Part shown: in pieces, positions 10,527 to 19,376 of the stretch
Layout of the letters: each line of letters starts with the position of its first letter
Position numbering within the stretch: the stretch's first letter is position 1
IMG/VR virus record: IMGVR_UViG_2547132273_000013
Direction: 5' to 3' (one strand)
Origin: a virus
Lineage: Duplodnaviria; Heunggongvirae; Uroviricota; Caudoviricetes
Length of the DNA stretch: 20,662 nucleotides
Position numbers and translations under genes: made by a program
The notes under the pieces: generated by a model
Database searches by the model: none
The model's input: only the letters and a program-made list of their open reading frames with translations
Told to the model about the DNA's origin: nothing

Positions 10527-11058
10527 GATCCTTTTCCTGATTCACATTGATATGTGCGGCAAATTCCGGGGTTTCGTCCGGGAATTTCCAGGTCTGCCAG
10601 TGGCGCTCGTAATCATCCAGCGAGTCCATATCCACACCGGACGGTAACGGCGTGATGCCACTAAAATAGATACCGTATAATGCGACTCCTGAATTACTCT
10701 GGGCATCGGTATACAGGTTGCGGACGCTGGTCAGACGCAGGCCGGTTGTGGGGCCAAATGTATGTCCGTTCATTCCGGCAATCAGGCGCTCAACAATCTG
10801 GTAAATCCCCGGACGGTCGGTTTCCCGACCGTTCAGCATTTTTGCCACCACGTAAAACACCCAGCGGCTTTCCACTTCACGGCGGGTGCGGCCTTCACCG
10901 CAGCCCAGCCACGCCAGATAAACAGACGGCGGCGCAATCAGGATTTTTTTAATTGCGGCATCAGACCAGGTGCCGGGATGCGTTTTTACATCCCGCAGCG
11001 TCCGTCCGAACAACCCACGAACAGCATCGAGCAAGGCAGCTTCTGTGGTGGCAATCAT
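10510..11058 (-). CDS. Virion morphogenesis / neck (tail terminator-type) protein, Mu gp37 (J)-like
   Basis: 182-aa ORF in the head-tail joining block; synteny with Mu gp37. Confidence 0.65.
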   Translation of the reverse strand: MIATTEAALLDAVRGLFGRTLRDVKTHPGTWSDAAIKKILIAPPSVYLAWLGCGEGRTRREVESRWVFYVVAKMLNGRETDRPGIYQIVERLIAGMNGHTFGPTTGLRLTSVRNLYTDAQSNSGVALYGIYFSGITPLPSGVDMDSLDDYERHWQTWKFPDETPEFAAHINVNQEKDHDAEN

Positions 11059-11480
11059 CAGATAAACCCCTTCTGGTTGCGGGAGAAAATGGCTGCGTCA
11101 GACTGTACCTCAACCAGATTTTCGCTGACCGGTTCAACACCATGCACATCTGCGCCAAGCGGTAATTTTCCGTCGAGAACCACCCCCAGCCACCTGATGG
11201 CGTCTTTGTAACGTTGTGTGCATTGCTCTGTTGCCTGTTCATCACACAGGTAATAAAAAGCAATATCGCAACAAACACGAACCAGCGTTACAGGAACCAC
11301 TGACAATGGCAGCTGGTAACGGGGACTGATATAACCGTCGATAAGCGCGCTGGCATCCTGTAACGCCTGCGTAATCAGTGCATCATCTGGTTCAAAGTTG
11401 TCCGATTTATCAGCGGTCAGTTTGTCCAGATTGCTGCGCTGGTAACGCTTTACCATGTCGTCAAGAGAGGCATAGCTCAT
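11058..11480 (-). CDS. Head completion / connector-type protein, Mu gp36-like (DUF1320 family)
   Basis: 140-aa ORF; ATGA-type coupling with neighbours; position matches Mu gp36. Confidence 0.65.
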   Translation of the reverse strand: MSYASLDDMVKRYQRSNLDKLTADKSDNFEPDDALITQALQDASALIDGYISPRYQLPLSVVPVTLVRVCCDIAFYYLCDEQATEQCTQRYKDAIRWLGVVLDGKLPLGADVHGVEPVSENLVEVQSDAAIFSRNQKGFI

Positions 11481-11887
11481 GCTTGTGCCTCAGCCAGTGC
11501 TGCTTTGATTTGTGCCGCAGTGACGTTTTCCCCCAGCACCGCACTGACCGCTTTCACTTTGGGTTCCCCCCCTGCGGTAAAGTGTTCCGGGTTTGCCTGA
11601 TCCAGACCGGCAACGGTCGCACGGATACGGGCGTTCAGATCGCCCACACCCAGAACGTCCAGCCCCCCAGCCTCAGCGAGCGTTTCTGCTGCCGTTGTCG
11701 ATACAACAGACAACACGCTGTCGGCACGGATGATCGCCAGTTGTTCTTCGGTGACTTCCACTGTGTTTTCGCCACGCGTAAAGGCGATGCCGGCGCGGCG
11801 GTAGACCGGGCGAAGACATTTAATAATCGCCGTGCAAGTGATGCGAGAAGTGTCCAGCCGTTGTGAATTAAGCGAAGTGCCTGACAT
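11477..11887 (-). CDS. Hypothetical protein, Mu gp35-like
   Basis: 136-aa ORF starting at ATG 11885-11887, preceded by a strong Shine-Dalgarno sequence (AAGGAGGAG, about 7-nt spacing). Lies directly downstream of the major head gene and its hairpin. Confidence 0.6.
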   Translation of the reverse strand: MSGTSLNSQRLDTSRITCTAIIKCLRPVYRRAGIAFTRGENTVEVTEEQLAIIRADSVLSVVSTTAAETLAEAGGLDVLGVGDLNARIRATVAGLDQANPEHFTAGGEPKVKAVSAVLGENVTAAQIKAALAEAQA

Positions 11888-11921
11888 AACACATGCTCCT
11901 CCTTTTCCTTTAAATCAGGTT

Positions 11922-11945
11922 AAAAGGCGGCCTGAACCGCCTTTT
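11922..11945 (-). terminator. Stem-loop (9-bp perfect stem, 6-nt loop) just after the major head gene stop; candidate partial intrinsic terminator or mRNA-stabilising hairpin
   Basis: aaaaggcgg-cctgaa-ccgcctttt: perfect inverted repeat seen directly. On the minus-strand transcript it sits 9 nt after the T stop codon and is followed by UUUU, then the strong ribosome-binding site of the next gene. Confidence 0.45.
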
Positions 11946-11953
11946 AACGACGG

Positions 11954-12871
11954 TTACAGGTAGTCAGCGACAACCAGTTGCAGCTTACCCTTCATCTCGT
12001 TGGAGACGGTGGTATTGCCATCCGCGAACAGCTCACGGTTAAGCAGTTGCTCTGCGGATTTTTCCAGTCCGACCGGTACAACGATATGCGTCGGCTTCAG
12101 GCCCAGCTTCTTACCGCCATCACCTTCAAAAGAACGCATCAGTTGCCAGCCCTTCCAGAGGTTATCCAGCGTCAGATCGCCTTTTACCGCGACAGCCATC
12201 TGCCAGAAGCCGTAACCGGCAGCACGGCGGGCGCTGGCACCAAACAGGAACTCGTTATCCATAAAAACGTGGTCGTCATCGATACGGGTACGTGCGACCA
12301 GTTCCGGTTTGCGGCGCTCCTGGAAAATCAGCGGTTTGACTGCGCGGGAGCAGTCCAGCAGATAGAATGGCAGACCGCTGAAGCTGTCCTGCTCAACGAT
12401 GTTGGAGGTATTAACCGCGCTGCCCGTGCCGTCCACATTCGGATATACCGGATGCTCTTTGTCGAAGAAGTTCTGACCGTCATAGCAGGGCTGGGTAAAG
12501 CCATCTTTCAGAAGTTTAAAAATCAGCTCATCCGGCTGAACTGCCGCAGAACGGCCCATCTCCTGAAAAATCGGCGCATAAATACCCAGATTGTCATCCT
12601 CGAAGTCATCACGGGAAATACCCACGGTGCCTTCAAACGTTTTATTAGCGATGGAGTAGCCATGCGCTTCCATTTGCTGAATGGTTCGCTTACCCACCCA
12701 TTCTTTCAGGGTCGGGAATTTACCCAGCCAGCCATAGGTATTGCTGCGGGTGGAGGAGTTCACCACCATTGCAATTTTGCTGTACTGCGACGGGGCGTCT
12801 TCAAGACCGCCCTGAAAATCCTTACGCCAGGAGGTCATCAGGGCTTTAATGGATGCCGGGGTGACAATCAT
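11954..12871 (-). CDS. T: Major head (capsid) protein, Mu T-like
   Basis: 305-aa ORF immediately downstream of the protease/scaffold gene (ATGA overlap); size and position as Mu gp34; followed by a hairpin. Confidence 0.85.
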   Translation of the reverse strand: MIVTPASIKALMTSWRKDFQGGLEDAPSQYSKIAMVVNSSTRSNTYGWLGKFPTLKEWVGKRTIQQMEAHGYSIANKTFEGTVGISRDDFEDDNLGIYAPIFQEMGRSAAVQPDELIFKLLKDGFTQPCYDGQNFFDKEHPVYPNVDGTGSAVNTSNIVEQDSFSGLPFYLLDCSRAVKPLIFQERRKPELVARTRIDDDHVFMDNEFLFGASARRAAGYGFWQMAVAVKGDLTLDNLWKGWQLMRSFEGDGGKKLGLKPTHIVVPVGLEKSAEQLLNRELFADGNTTVSNEMKGKLQLVVADYL

Positions 12872-13419
12872 TTTTCTTGTTCCTGTTTCATTTTCAGATA
12901 CTCAGCCTCAGTAATGCCGAGCGCCTTCACTGCTGCTTTTTCATCAGCAGACAGCACCGCCACCGCCGTTTTTTCCTGCGACGGGTTTTGTACCGTTGTG
13001 GTCTGCATGGCAGATAACGCAGCGATGGGCTGTTTTTTCTCAAGCTGTGCCGACAGTGCCGCCACGCCAATCTGACCACCAAGCTGTTCCAGGTAAGTGC
13101 GTTCGCTTTTGAAAATGCGGCCTTCCTGTTCCGCCTTGTCCAGAACGGCGCTCAGGCTGGCGGTGGCACTTTGCGCGGTGGCCTGAGCCAGCTCATCGAG
13201 CACGGCGTTGTAGCTTTCCACCGGGACGTATTTCGTCAGGTCAACGGCGGCTTTCTGTGCCTTTTCCAGTTCGGCGGATAACGACGCCACTTTTCCGGCA
13301 TCTGTTTCGAGCGCATCAAGCGCACTCAGGGCCGCGCTGGCCTGTTCATCAGTGATGTCTGCATTTTCGGGGACAGTTACCCCAAGACGCGCAAGTAGCT
13401 TGCGCAGCGTTTCATTCAT
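12868..13419 (-). CDS. Putative nested in-frame scaffold protein (Mu Z-like) from an internal start within the I-like gene
   Basis: Internal in-frame ATG at 13417-13419 (MNETLRKLLARLG...) is preceded by CAGGAG, a Shine-Dalgarno-like sequence, at about 7-8 nt. Mu is known to express scaffold Z from an internal start in I. Confidence 0.4.
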   Translation of the reverse strand: MNETLRKLLARLGVTVPENADITDEQASAALSALDALETDAGKVASLSAELEKAQKAAVDLTKYVPVESYNAVLDELAQATAQSATASLSAVLDKAEQEGRIFKSERTYLEQLGGQIGVAALSAQLEKKQPIAALSAMQTTTVQNPSQEKTAVAVLSADEKAAVKALGITEAEYLKMKQEQEK

Positions 13420-13968
13420 GGGTTTGTTCTCCTGTTGAAGGATGTCGGGAAGGTCTGCCGCCAGTGCGGTCAGCTTTTTCATGCCGGTGGCACCGGGATC
13501 ATTGGTCAGCGCAGCAAGGCGGATTTGCAGTACCGCACCGGTGGCGGTGTCATACGGAAAAACCGCAGAGAGATAACCAAATTCGCCGTCATCGATGCGC
13601 TGCTGGGCTGCCGCTGTCCAGCGTGGGTGGATAAATAACCCTTCACCTTCACGCCACTGCATTTCATCGGCGTTAAACCAGCCAGCCGCGACCAGTTGTT
13701 CCGGGGGTAATCCTTTGTCCTTACGCAGCTGGTTATGCTCGTAATCAATCAGCACGTCCTGGTTAAGTGCGCGGATACCTTCAATCAGGCGTCCGGCAAT
13801 TTCTCCGTCGATGAACCAGCCCTGACCAGTTGTTACATCAAACGGGCGACCGTCACGGGCACTGAAATAACCGGCAGGCAATAGCTGGCACCAGCCGTCA
13901 TCGTCAATGGACAGCGCACCCAGCGCAGCAATACCAATCGCGTGTTTTTTCATGTCCGGCCTGCTCAT
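12868..13968 (-). CDS. I: Prohead protease / scaffold protein, Mu I-like
   Basis: 366-aa ORF; N-terminal half protease-like, C-terminal half Ala/Glu/Gln-rich coiled-coil-like as expected for scaffold; upstream of the major head gene. The first ATG has a weak ribosome-binding site, so the true start may be the second ATG (MKKHAIG...). Confidence 0.85.
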   Translation of the reverse strand: MSRPDMKKHAIGIAALGALSIDDDGWCQLLPAGYFSARDGRPFDVTTGQGWFIDGEIAGRLIEGIRALNQDVLIDYEHNQLRKDKGLPPEQLVAAGWFNADEMQWREGEGLFIHPRWTAAAQQRIDDGEFGYLSAVFPYDTATGAVLQIRLAALTNDPGATGMKKLTALAADLPDILQQENKPMNETLRKLLARLGVTVPENADITDEQASAALSALDALETDAGKVASLSAELEKAQKAAVDLTKYVPVESYNAVLDELAQATAQSATASLSAVLDKAEQEGRIFKSERTYLEQLGGQIGVAALSAQLEKKQPIAALSAMQTTTVQNPSQEKTAVAVLSADEKAAVKALGITEAEYLKMKQEQEK

Positions 13969-14154
13969 CGTGATTTGTGAGTAGCCAGTGTGCGGGGAAC
14001 GGGAGAAAAGGCGGGGTTATCCAGTTTTAGTAATTCTGTAGGAGAAAGATAAAGGGGAAGGGAAATGCATGACGCCACCCCCTTCAAAACCCCTTCAAAA
14101 ACGCCACAGAACCTTCAAAAATTCTTTATCGCGTGATTTTATCTCTGTATCTGG
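13969..14154 (-). promoter_or_regulatory. Non-coding gap between the G-like and I-like genes: candidate late promoter (P_I equivalent) and possible strong-gyrase-site-like central element
   Basis: 186 bp without an ORF on either strand inside an otherwise tightly coupled operon. Contains three CCTTCAAAA repeats (14081-14089, 14092-14100, 14112-14120), two ACGCCAC copies and a C-rich tract (GGATAACCCCGCC on the transcribed strand). In Mu the G-I gap holds the C-dependent P_I promoter and the central strong gyrase site. Confidence 0.4.
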
Positions 14155-14625
14155 TTATTGCGTCAGAGCGGCGCTTACGCGTTTTCTGATGGCATCATAA
14201 ATTTCCTGCTCACCGCTCTTATCCAGCCCCATATAAGGACGTGCAGGAACACCTGCCGGACCGGGGGGCATATCAGGCTTACCGCCCCACTGATGAATAG
14301 CAGCGTAAACTTTTGGTGAGCCAATCAGGGCATAATCCGGGCCGTAAGCGGAAGTGATGCTGCGGGCCAGATCGCCATGCAGGGTAAGAATGCTACCCGG
14401 AACAAAACCATGCTCCTGACGCCATACCAGCCACGGGTCACTCCATGACTCCCAGCTCTGGCCCGTGTCCGGGTCTGCCTGCCGTTCAAAAGCCTGTTCA
14501 GAAGACGACAGCAATGCCGCAGCCATCACACGTGGCACATATCCGTCATGCGTTACCGTTGCCAGATCATCAAGAGCAAGCCGGATACGTCGCACATCCA
14601 CGGCAACGTTCATATCAAGACTCAC
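14155..14625 (-). CDS. G: Virion morphogenesis protein, Mu G-like
   Basis: 156-aa ORF; ATGA overlap with the upstream F-like gene; position matches Mu gp31. Confidence 0.75.
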   Translation of the reverse strand: MSLDMNVAVDVRRIRLALDDLATVTHDGYVPRVMAAALLSSSEQAFERQADPDTGQSWESWSDPWLVWRQEHGFVPGSILTLHGDLARSITSAYGPDYALIGSPKVYAAIHQWGGKPDMPPGPAGVPARPYMGLDKSGEQEIYDAIRKRVSAALTQ

Positions 14626-15977
14626 TTATTCACCTCCACATGCCCCTCCAGTACGTCAATCATCCCGTCAGCAATCGCGGCTTCAAGCGACTGTGCAGAT
14701 ACGCGGCTGATACTGACCAGCACATCCGCCCGGTCATTCTGCCTGCCGACTGTCTGTGATGTTCTGACCACAATTTGGGCCGTGCCGTCACGGGTTGCCA
14801 CAACGTACAGCAGCTGGTGATTTTTTCTGTCCCACAATACCGCCTGTGGTTCTGCCATCAGAGACGGCAGACGCTGTAAATCCTCTGCTTTCAGGGCAGC
14901 ATCAGCAGCGGTAGCCAGACTTTCTCCATTCATCACCAGTAAACGGGCTGGCAGATTCCCGGTGCGCTGATGTACGGCTTCAGCTACCGATTCTGTCATA
15001 AAACCTAGTGCCCGGATCTCACGCCCGGCGTGACGTGATTTCACCAGACGATTAAGCCACAGGGAAAAAGCAAGCTGGCGCTCCCGGCTGTTATTCAGCG
15101 TCTGTACAACCTGCTCACGCAGCTGCGCGTCACGAACTTCCACCAGTTTTCGAATCAGCGCCTGATCAGTACCGAATGCCGCCGAACCGGGGTTATATGA
15201 CCAGCCAACGTCCGGCGTCATTTTTACCCGACCGTTGTCAAACGTGGTTGACGATGTGCGGAAAATCTCTCCTGTGCTTTCATCCGTGCCGGCCTCCACT
15301 TCGCGGGTATCCATGAATGAAGCACCATAGCTGACCTGTAATCCCAGTTCTTTCATTCGGGCTGCAGACAGCGCACGAACGCGGCAGCGACAGCTCCAGC
15401 CATTGGGCGGGTAATGTGTCTGCCAGAAAATATCGTCATACCGGAAAATCATATTATGCAGCCGGGCATGCTCCGGGCGCGTTCTGCTGTCCATAACGGC
15501 GACATACTGCCAGTACGGATACAGGTCTGCGGTATTCATCATCTGTGCATAACGTCCCGCCCCGTACGCTGTACGGGTATTGACGTTATAAATGGTTGCC
15601 AGACGACGCGGACTGCCCAGTTCGATTTCCTTCGCGTTTCCCTCTGCATCCACGATGATTTGTTTTCCCCACCATCCGAGCTTTTGCAACCGGGGAGCCA
15701 GTGTGCGGGTAAATTCCTCACGGGTGATACCCTCACTGACAGCCCGCTCCACTTCCTCACGGATTGTGGTCAGGACATCCATCCGGGCAGCTTTGGCAAC
15801 GGTAAAGGCACGGGCGTGCGCGTCTGCCAGTTGTTCGTACCAGTTCCAGGTGATGTTGTAGCCTTTGGCACGGAAATACGCGACAGCCTCCTTTGGCGGG
15901 AGGCGTGCGGCATACGCCAGATCAATGGTCTGCTGCGGCATCCAGACGCCCCCATATATCGGCAACAAAAATGGCAC
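14622..15977 (-). CDS. F: Head morphogenesis protein, Mu F-like (MuF / SPP1 gp7 family)
   Basis: 451-aa ORF immediately downstream of the portal gene, the conserved position of MuF-family proteins. The longest ORF overlaps the portal end by 56 nt, so the true start may be the internal Met at MPQQTIDL. Confidence 0.8.
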   Translation of the reverse strand: MPFLLPIYGGVWMPQQTIDLAYAARLPPKEAVAYFRAKGYNITWNWYEQLADAHARAFTVAKAARMDVLTTIREEVERAVSEGITREEFTRTLAPRLQKLGWWGKQIIVDAEGNAKEIELGSPRRLATIYNVNTRTAYGAGRYAQMMNTADLYPYWQYVAVMDSRTRPEHARLHNMIFRYDDIFWQTHYPPNGWSCRCRVRALSAARMKELGLQVSYGASFMDTREVEAGTDESTGEIFRTSSTTFDNGRVKMTPDVGWSYNPGSAAFGTDQALIRKLVEVRDAQLREQVVQTLNNSRERQLAFSLWLNRLVKSRHAGREIRALGFMTESVAEAVHQRTGNLPARLLVMNGESLATAADAALKAEDLQRLPSLMAEPQAVLWDRKNHQLLYVVATRDGTAQIVVRTSQTVGRQNDRADVLVSISRVSAQSLEAAIADGMIDVLEGHVEVNK

Positions 15978-17460
15978 GGGTCAGCATGTCGATAAGTTCT
16001 GCATCATCCATCTGCGGATATAATGAAGCGGCTTTGTTCATGGCGGCTTCCGGGCCATCTTTCAGCACAGAAAGAATGACGGGTTTCAGCAGGGGATCAA
16101 CCGAACGCTGCCAGTCTTCCGGTGAAACGCCCATCCGGTCGATATCATCCTTCTGCGGGATATCATCAGCGGATAATGCGGCCTCTTTCTGCGAACCGTT
16201 ATCCGGGACAACCGGTTGTACAGTAAACACGGCCTCATCACCGACCGGCTGTGGAATATGAAGTTTTTCCTGTATCCAGGAGACCGGAATACGCATTCCT
16301 GCCGCCAGTTTCGGAATGGCGTCAGACAGTGCCGTAATATCACCCGCTTCACTGGTATCAAATACAATGCCCGGCAGGCGGTTAATATCAATGGTGCTGT
16401 TACTGTTCAGTGCCAGCAGGGGATAAATCAGGTCACGGTTAATACTGCGGGCAAGCTGGCCCACATCCGCGTTACGGATTTCCCGGCGAACCTCGTCATG
16501 CACTTCACCCAGCGACCGCGCACCTTTATCTCCGGCCTCTGTGGTCAGGGTGCCGCCCAGAATGGCTTTTGAAATCGCTTTTTCTGCCCAGCCAATCATC
16601 GCCATAAAGGGGTCTGACTGACCATCTGCGGCGCTCTGAAAATCCAGCGTCATCCCCATCGGAATAATGCCACCGGCACGTCGCCCGATATCCATCACGG
16701 CCTGCATCAGCGTGGCTTTCTCGCGGTTCGTGGAGCCGGTCGGATATTTACCGACGCGCATAGGGAGTCCGTAAATTTCCAGGAACTCCGCAAAATCACG
16801 CACGGAATAGTTTTTAAAAATAAAAGGCCAGATAAGCGTGCGCACAAGGCCATTGGTACCAACGTACCCGGTGCGGGATTTGGCCCGGTGCATAAACCAG
16901 CCGAACGGTTGCAGCTCCAGCCCGTGATAAGACGTATCACGCAGACGTAATTCGTTCAGATTGTCGGGGTTCGCGCAGAACAGCGCCGGATCGCGATGAT
17001 GCAGCGCCACCGGCACGCGCATTTTTCCCAGCCAGCCCCATTCAATCTCCTGCATGGAATAACCCTTGAGAATGGCATCACCGGCATCAAACAGGGCATC
17101 TTCAAACCACGCCGCATCATGCAGATATTCATTCAGCATGTCGGCGTCTTTTTTCTCCTGTGCGCTGGCATCACGTGCCGGAGCGATGCGCCATTCCAGC
17201 GCCTGAATGGCAAGGCGGCGTTTGCTCAGTTCGGAAAAAAGGTGGGTGTCCTTTTCTTCCATATCAAAGGCCAGGTCAGCCTGTGCTGTCAGATCACCGC
17301 GTTCGGCATCACGCAGCATCTGCGCGGCCCTGTTCGGCGTCACGCCACTGGAGGGATGCTCCTGCGTGCGCTTCATGACCATTGCCAGCTCATCGCTGCG
17401 GGTCTGCATTTCATCGTCAAAATCAAACGGCTGCCCGGAAATATCCAGAATACGGCCCAT
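15922..17460 (-). CDS. Portal protein (Mu gp29-like, DUF935 family)
   Basis: 512-aa ORF directly downstream of the large terminase with stop/start overlap (TAATG); size and position typical of Mu-like portals. Confidence 0.85.
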   Translation of the reverse strand: MGRILDISGQPFDFDDEMQTRSDELAMVMKRTQEHPSSGVTPNRAAQMLRDAERGDLTAQADLAFDMEEKDTHLFSELSKRRLAIQALEWRIAPARDASAQEKKDADMLNEYLHDAAWFEDALFDAGDAILKGYSMQEIEWGWLGKMRVPVALHHRDPALFCANPDNLNELRLRDTSYHGLELQPFGWFMHRAKSRTGYVGTNGLVRTLIWPFIFKNYSVRDFAEFLEIYGLPMRVGKYPTGSTNREKATLMQAVMDIGRRAGGIIPMGMTLDFQSAADGQSDPFMAMIGWAEKAISKAILGGTLTTEAGDKGARSLGEVHDEVRREIRNADVGQLARSINRDLIYPLLALNSNSTIDINRLPGIVFDTSEAGDITALSDAIPKLAAGMRIPVSWIQEKLHIPQPVGDEAVFTVQPVVPDNGSQKEAALSADDIPQKDDIDRMGVSPEDWQRSVDPLLKPVILSVLKDGPEAAMNKAASLYPQMDDAELIDMLTRAIFVADIWGRLDAAADH

Positions 17461-19106
17461 TACCAGCCCCCTCGTTCAAACTGGTGATAATCATCGTTAT
17501 CAACATCATCACCACGGTGGCGTGGTGGCAGCGCCTGTATGCTGTCCTCGTCGATAACAAAACCATTCATATAAGACGCCCTGACAGCCATACAGAGCGC
17601 CACGGCAAAGTCGCCATGTCGTCGGCCTTTACCGCCTTCATCTTTTGTGCGCCCCTTATCAATCTGCGGAATACCTTTGTCCACCCTGATGTGGAGCAGG
17701 TCATCAAGTGTGGTCTGGTGCCGGGCAATCGTGATGTTCTGCGCTTCAAACTCGCCTTTCAGTTTTGGCATCCACTCCTGATACCAGGATGCGGTCAGAT
17801 TCACACAGTCGATCATCTCCGGGCCATAAATCAGACGGGCGGCTTCTGCCAGATAACCGCCGTTACCGGTGGCATCAAATGCAGCGCCGGTAAAACGGGG
17901 TAAACGGGACAGAATGAATAAAAGGATTTGTCGCTGCTGGTCATAGGTCACATTACGCAGCTCCACGCGGAAACATTCGCGTTTGCGTAAGTCTGGAGTG
18001 ATGGCAAGCGGCACAAACACCGTCAGGTCGCCACGGCGTGCAAAGTCTTCGCCCAGTACGTGTTTATTGAGCGGTGACAGCGCATCGAGCAACGGGAGCA
18101 GCTCCTGTTCACACCAGTCCTGAACGATACCGTGGCGCATCTGCGGTGTCAGCGATTCAAAATCGTCCGGAGCTTCAAAACGCAGAACCGGGATATCCCG
18201 CGCGGGTGTCATGGCAGCTTCAATCAGGACACGGGACAGGTAAGCGCCACCGGATTTTTTGGGAATACAGCCGTATTCCTCGTCGGCGCTCTCTTTGTTC
18301 GGCGCGTTCCGGTACAGGCCATCACGCCAGGCTTTCTCCGCTTCCGGCGACCACGGCTGATTCGTGACATAACAGATACGCCGGTACAGCCCGTCAGCGA
18401 TGGCATCGTCCAGCGTGATACGGTGAACGCTGTAATCCTTGCGCCCCTCACGCGCATCCTGAATGTACTGGTTAAACAGGTTATCGACGCCGTTATGTGT
18501 CGATATGATCCGCACGCGTGCACCCCACATGGTGAGCGCAAAGGCCGCTTTCAGGAGTTCATCCAGGGCTTCATGAAATGCCGCTTCATCAATCACCACA
18601 TCCCCCTGTAAACCACGCAGGTTAGACGGGCGGCTTGAAAGCGCCTGCACCTTAAATCCACTATTCGGAAAGCGGATCATGTAGGTGAGGATTTCTTCTT
18701 TTTTGTCGCTGTCCCAGAAGGTCTGCTCCCAGACGTCAGCCTTTGCCAGCTGGTTAAAGGCGCGGGCAAACAGGGCACAGGCGGCGATGTATTCCAGCGC
18801 CATTTCCTGACGGGAACCCACATAAAAGACGTTGCGACCACCACGGCGACGCGGCTTTGCGGCCGTCATGACATTGCGGCCCGCTTCGGCCCATGTCAGA
18901 CCGGTACGACGGGATTTTTCAGCAATGCAAATCTGGTTTTCATCCTCAAACCAGCCGCGCTGATAGCCTAGGAAAACCGGTTCATTGCGGGGCTGCGCTT
19001 CCCCGATATCGGTCACGATATTCACGCCAAGCAGTTCGGCCTCCTTGCGCAGGTCGATTTTGCGGGGTGCATGAAGGGCTTTAAGTTTGCTTTCTTTGGT
19101 GCTCAC
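17460..19106 (-). CDS. Terminase large subunit (Mu gp28-like)
   Basis: 548-aa ORF, the largest head-module protein upstream of the portal. The only in-frame start after an upstream TGA is GTG at 19104-19106, and it lacks an obvious Shine-Dalgarno sequence. Confidence 0.85.
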   Translation of the reverse strand: MSTKESKLKALHAPRKIDLRKEAELLGVNIVTDIGEAQPRNEPVFLGYQRGWFEDENQICIAEKSRRTGLTWAEAGRNVMTAAKPRRRGGRNVFYVGSRQEMALEYIAACALFARAFNQLAKADVWEQTFWDSDKKEEILTYMIRFPNSGFKVQALSSRPSNLRGLQGDVVIDEAAFHEALDELLKAAFALTMWGARVRIISTHNGVDNLFNQYIQDAREGRKDYSVHRITLDDAIADGLYRRICYVTNQPWSPEAEKAWRDGLYRNAPNKESADEEYGCIPKKSGGAYLSRVLIEAAMTPARDIPVLRFEAPDDFESLTPQMRHGIVQDWCEQELLPLLDALSPLNKHVLGEDFARRGDLTVFVPLAITPDLRKRECFRVELRNVTYDQQRQILLFILSRLPRFTGAAFDATGNGGYLAEAARLIYGPEMIDCVNLTASWYQEWMPKLKGEFEAQNITIARHQTTLDDLLHIRVDKGIPQIDKGRTKDEGGKGRRHGDFAVALCMAVRASYMNGFVIDEDSIQALPPRHRGDDVDNDDYHQFERGGW

Positions 19107-19160
19107 AGGTGAAAAATCCGGTATAAATTTTCAGGCTTTAATCAGTAAAAAGAGGTTGTG

Positions 19161-19376
19161 ATGAAAGAAAAACTGACCATTGATCAAAAAATTGAAATCG
19201 CAAAAATCGCGGGGCAGATTGTTAGCAGTGCGATAGAAACAAAAATTACCCCACACCAATTGATAAGCCGCAAAAATGCTGAAAGCGATGCCGTTTATTC
19301 GTACGATGATTTATTCGGGTATTTCTGTTCTTTTATTACCCGCACAGTCAGCGACACACCTGACCACTGCGAATAA
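19161..19376 (+). CDS. Hypothetical small protein (71 aa) on the opposite strand in an AT-rich inserted cassette; candidate moron gene
   Basis: ATG at 19161 preceded by AGAGG (19151-19155, 5-nt spacing); stop TAA 19374-19376. Hand-counted GC is about 30-43% across 19141-19380, visibly lower than the flanking phage genes. No family recognised from sequence. Confidence 0.45.
   Translation: MKEKLTIDQKIEIAKIAGQIVSSAIETKITPHQLISRKNAESDAVYSYDDLFGYFCSFITRTVSDTPDHCE

Noticed and set aside
11978-13075. 365-aa plus-strand ORF
   Set aside because: Lies antisense to the well-supported major head and protease/scaffold genes; has low-complexity composition and no ribosome-binding site, consistent with a chance open frame.
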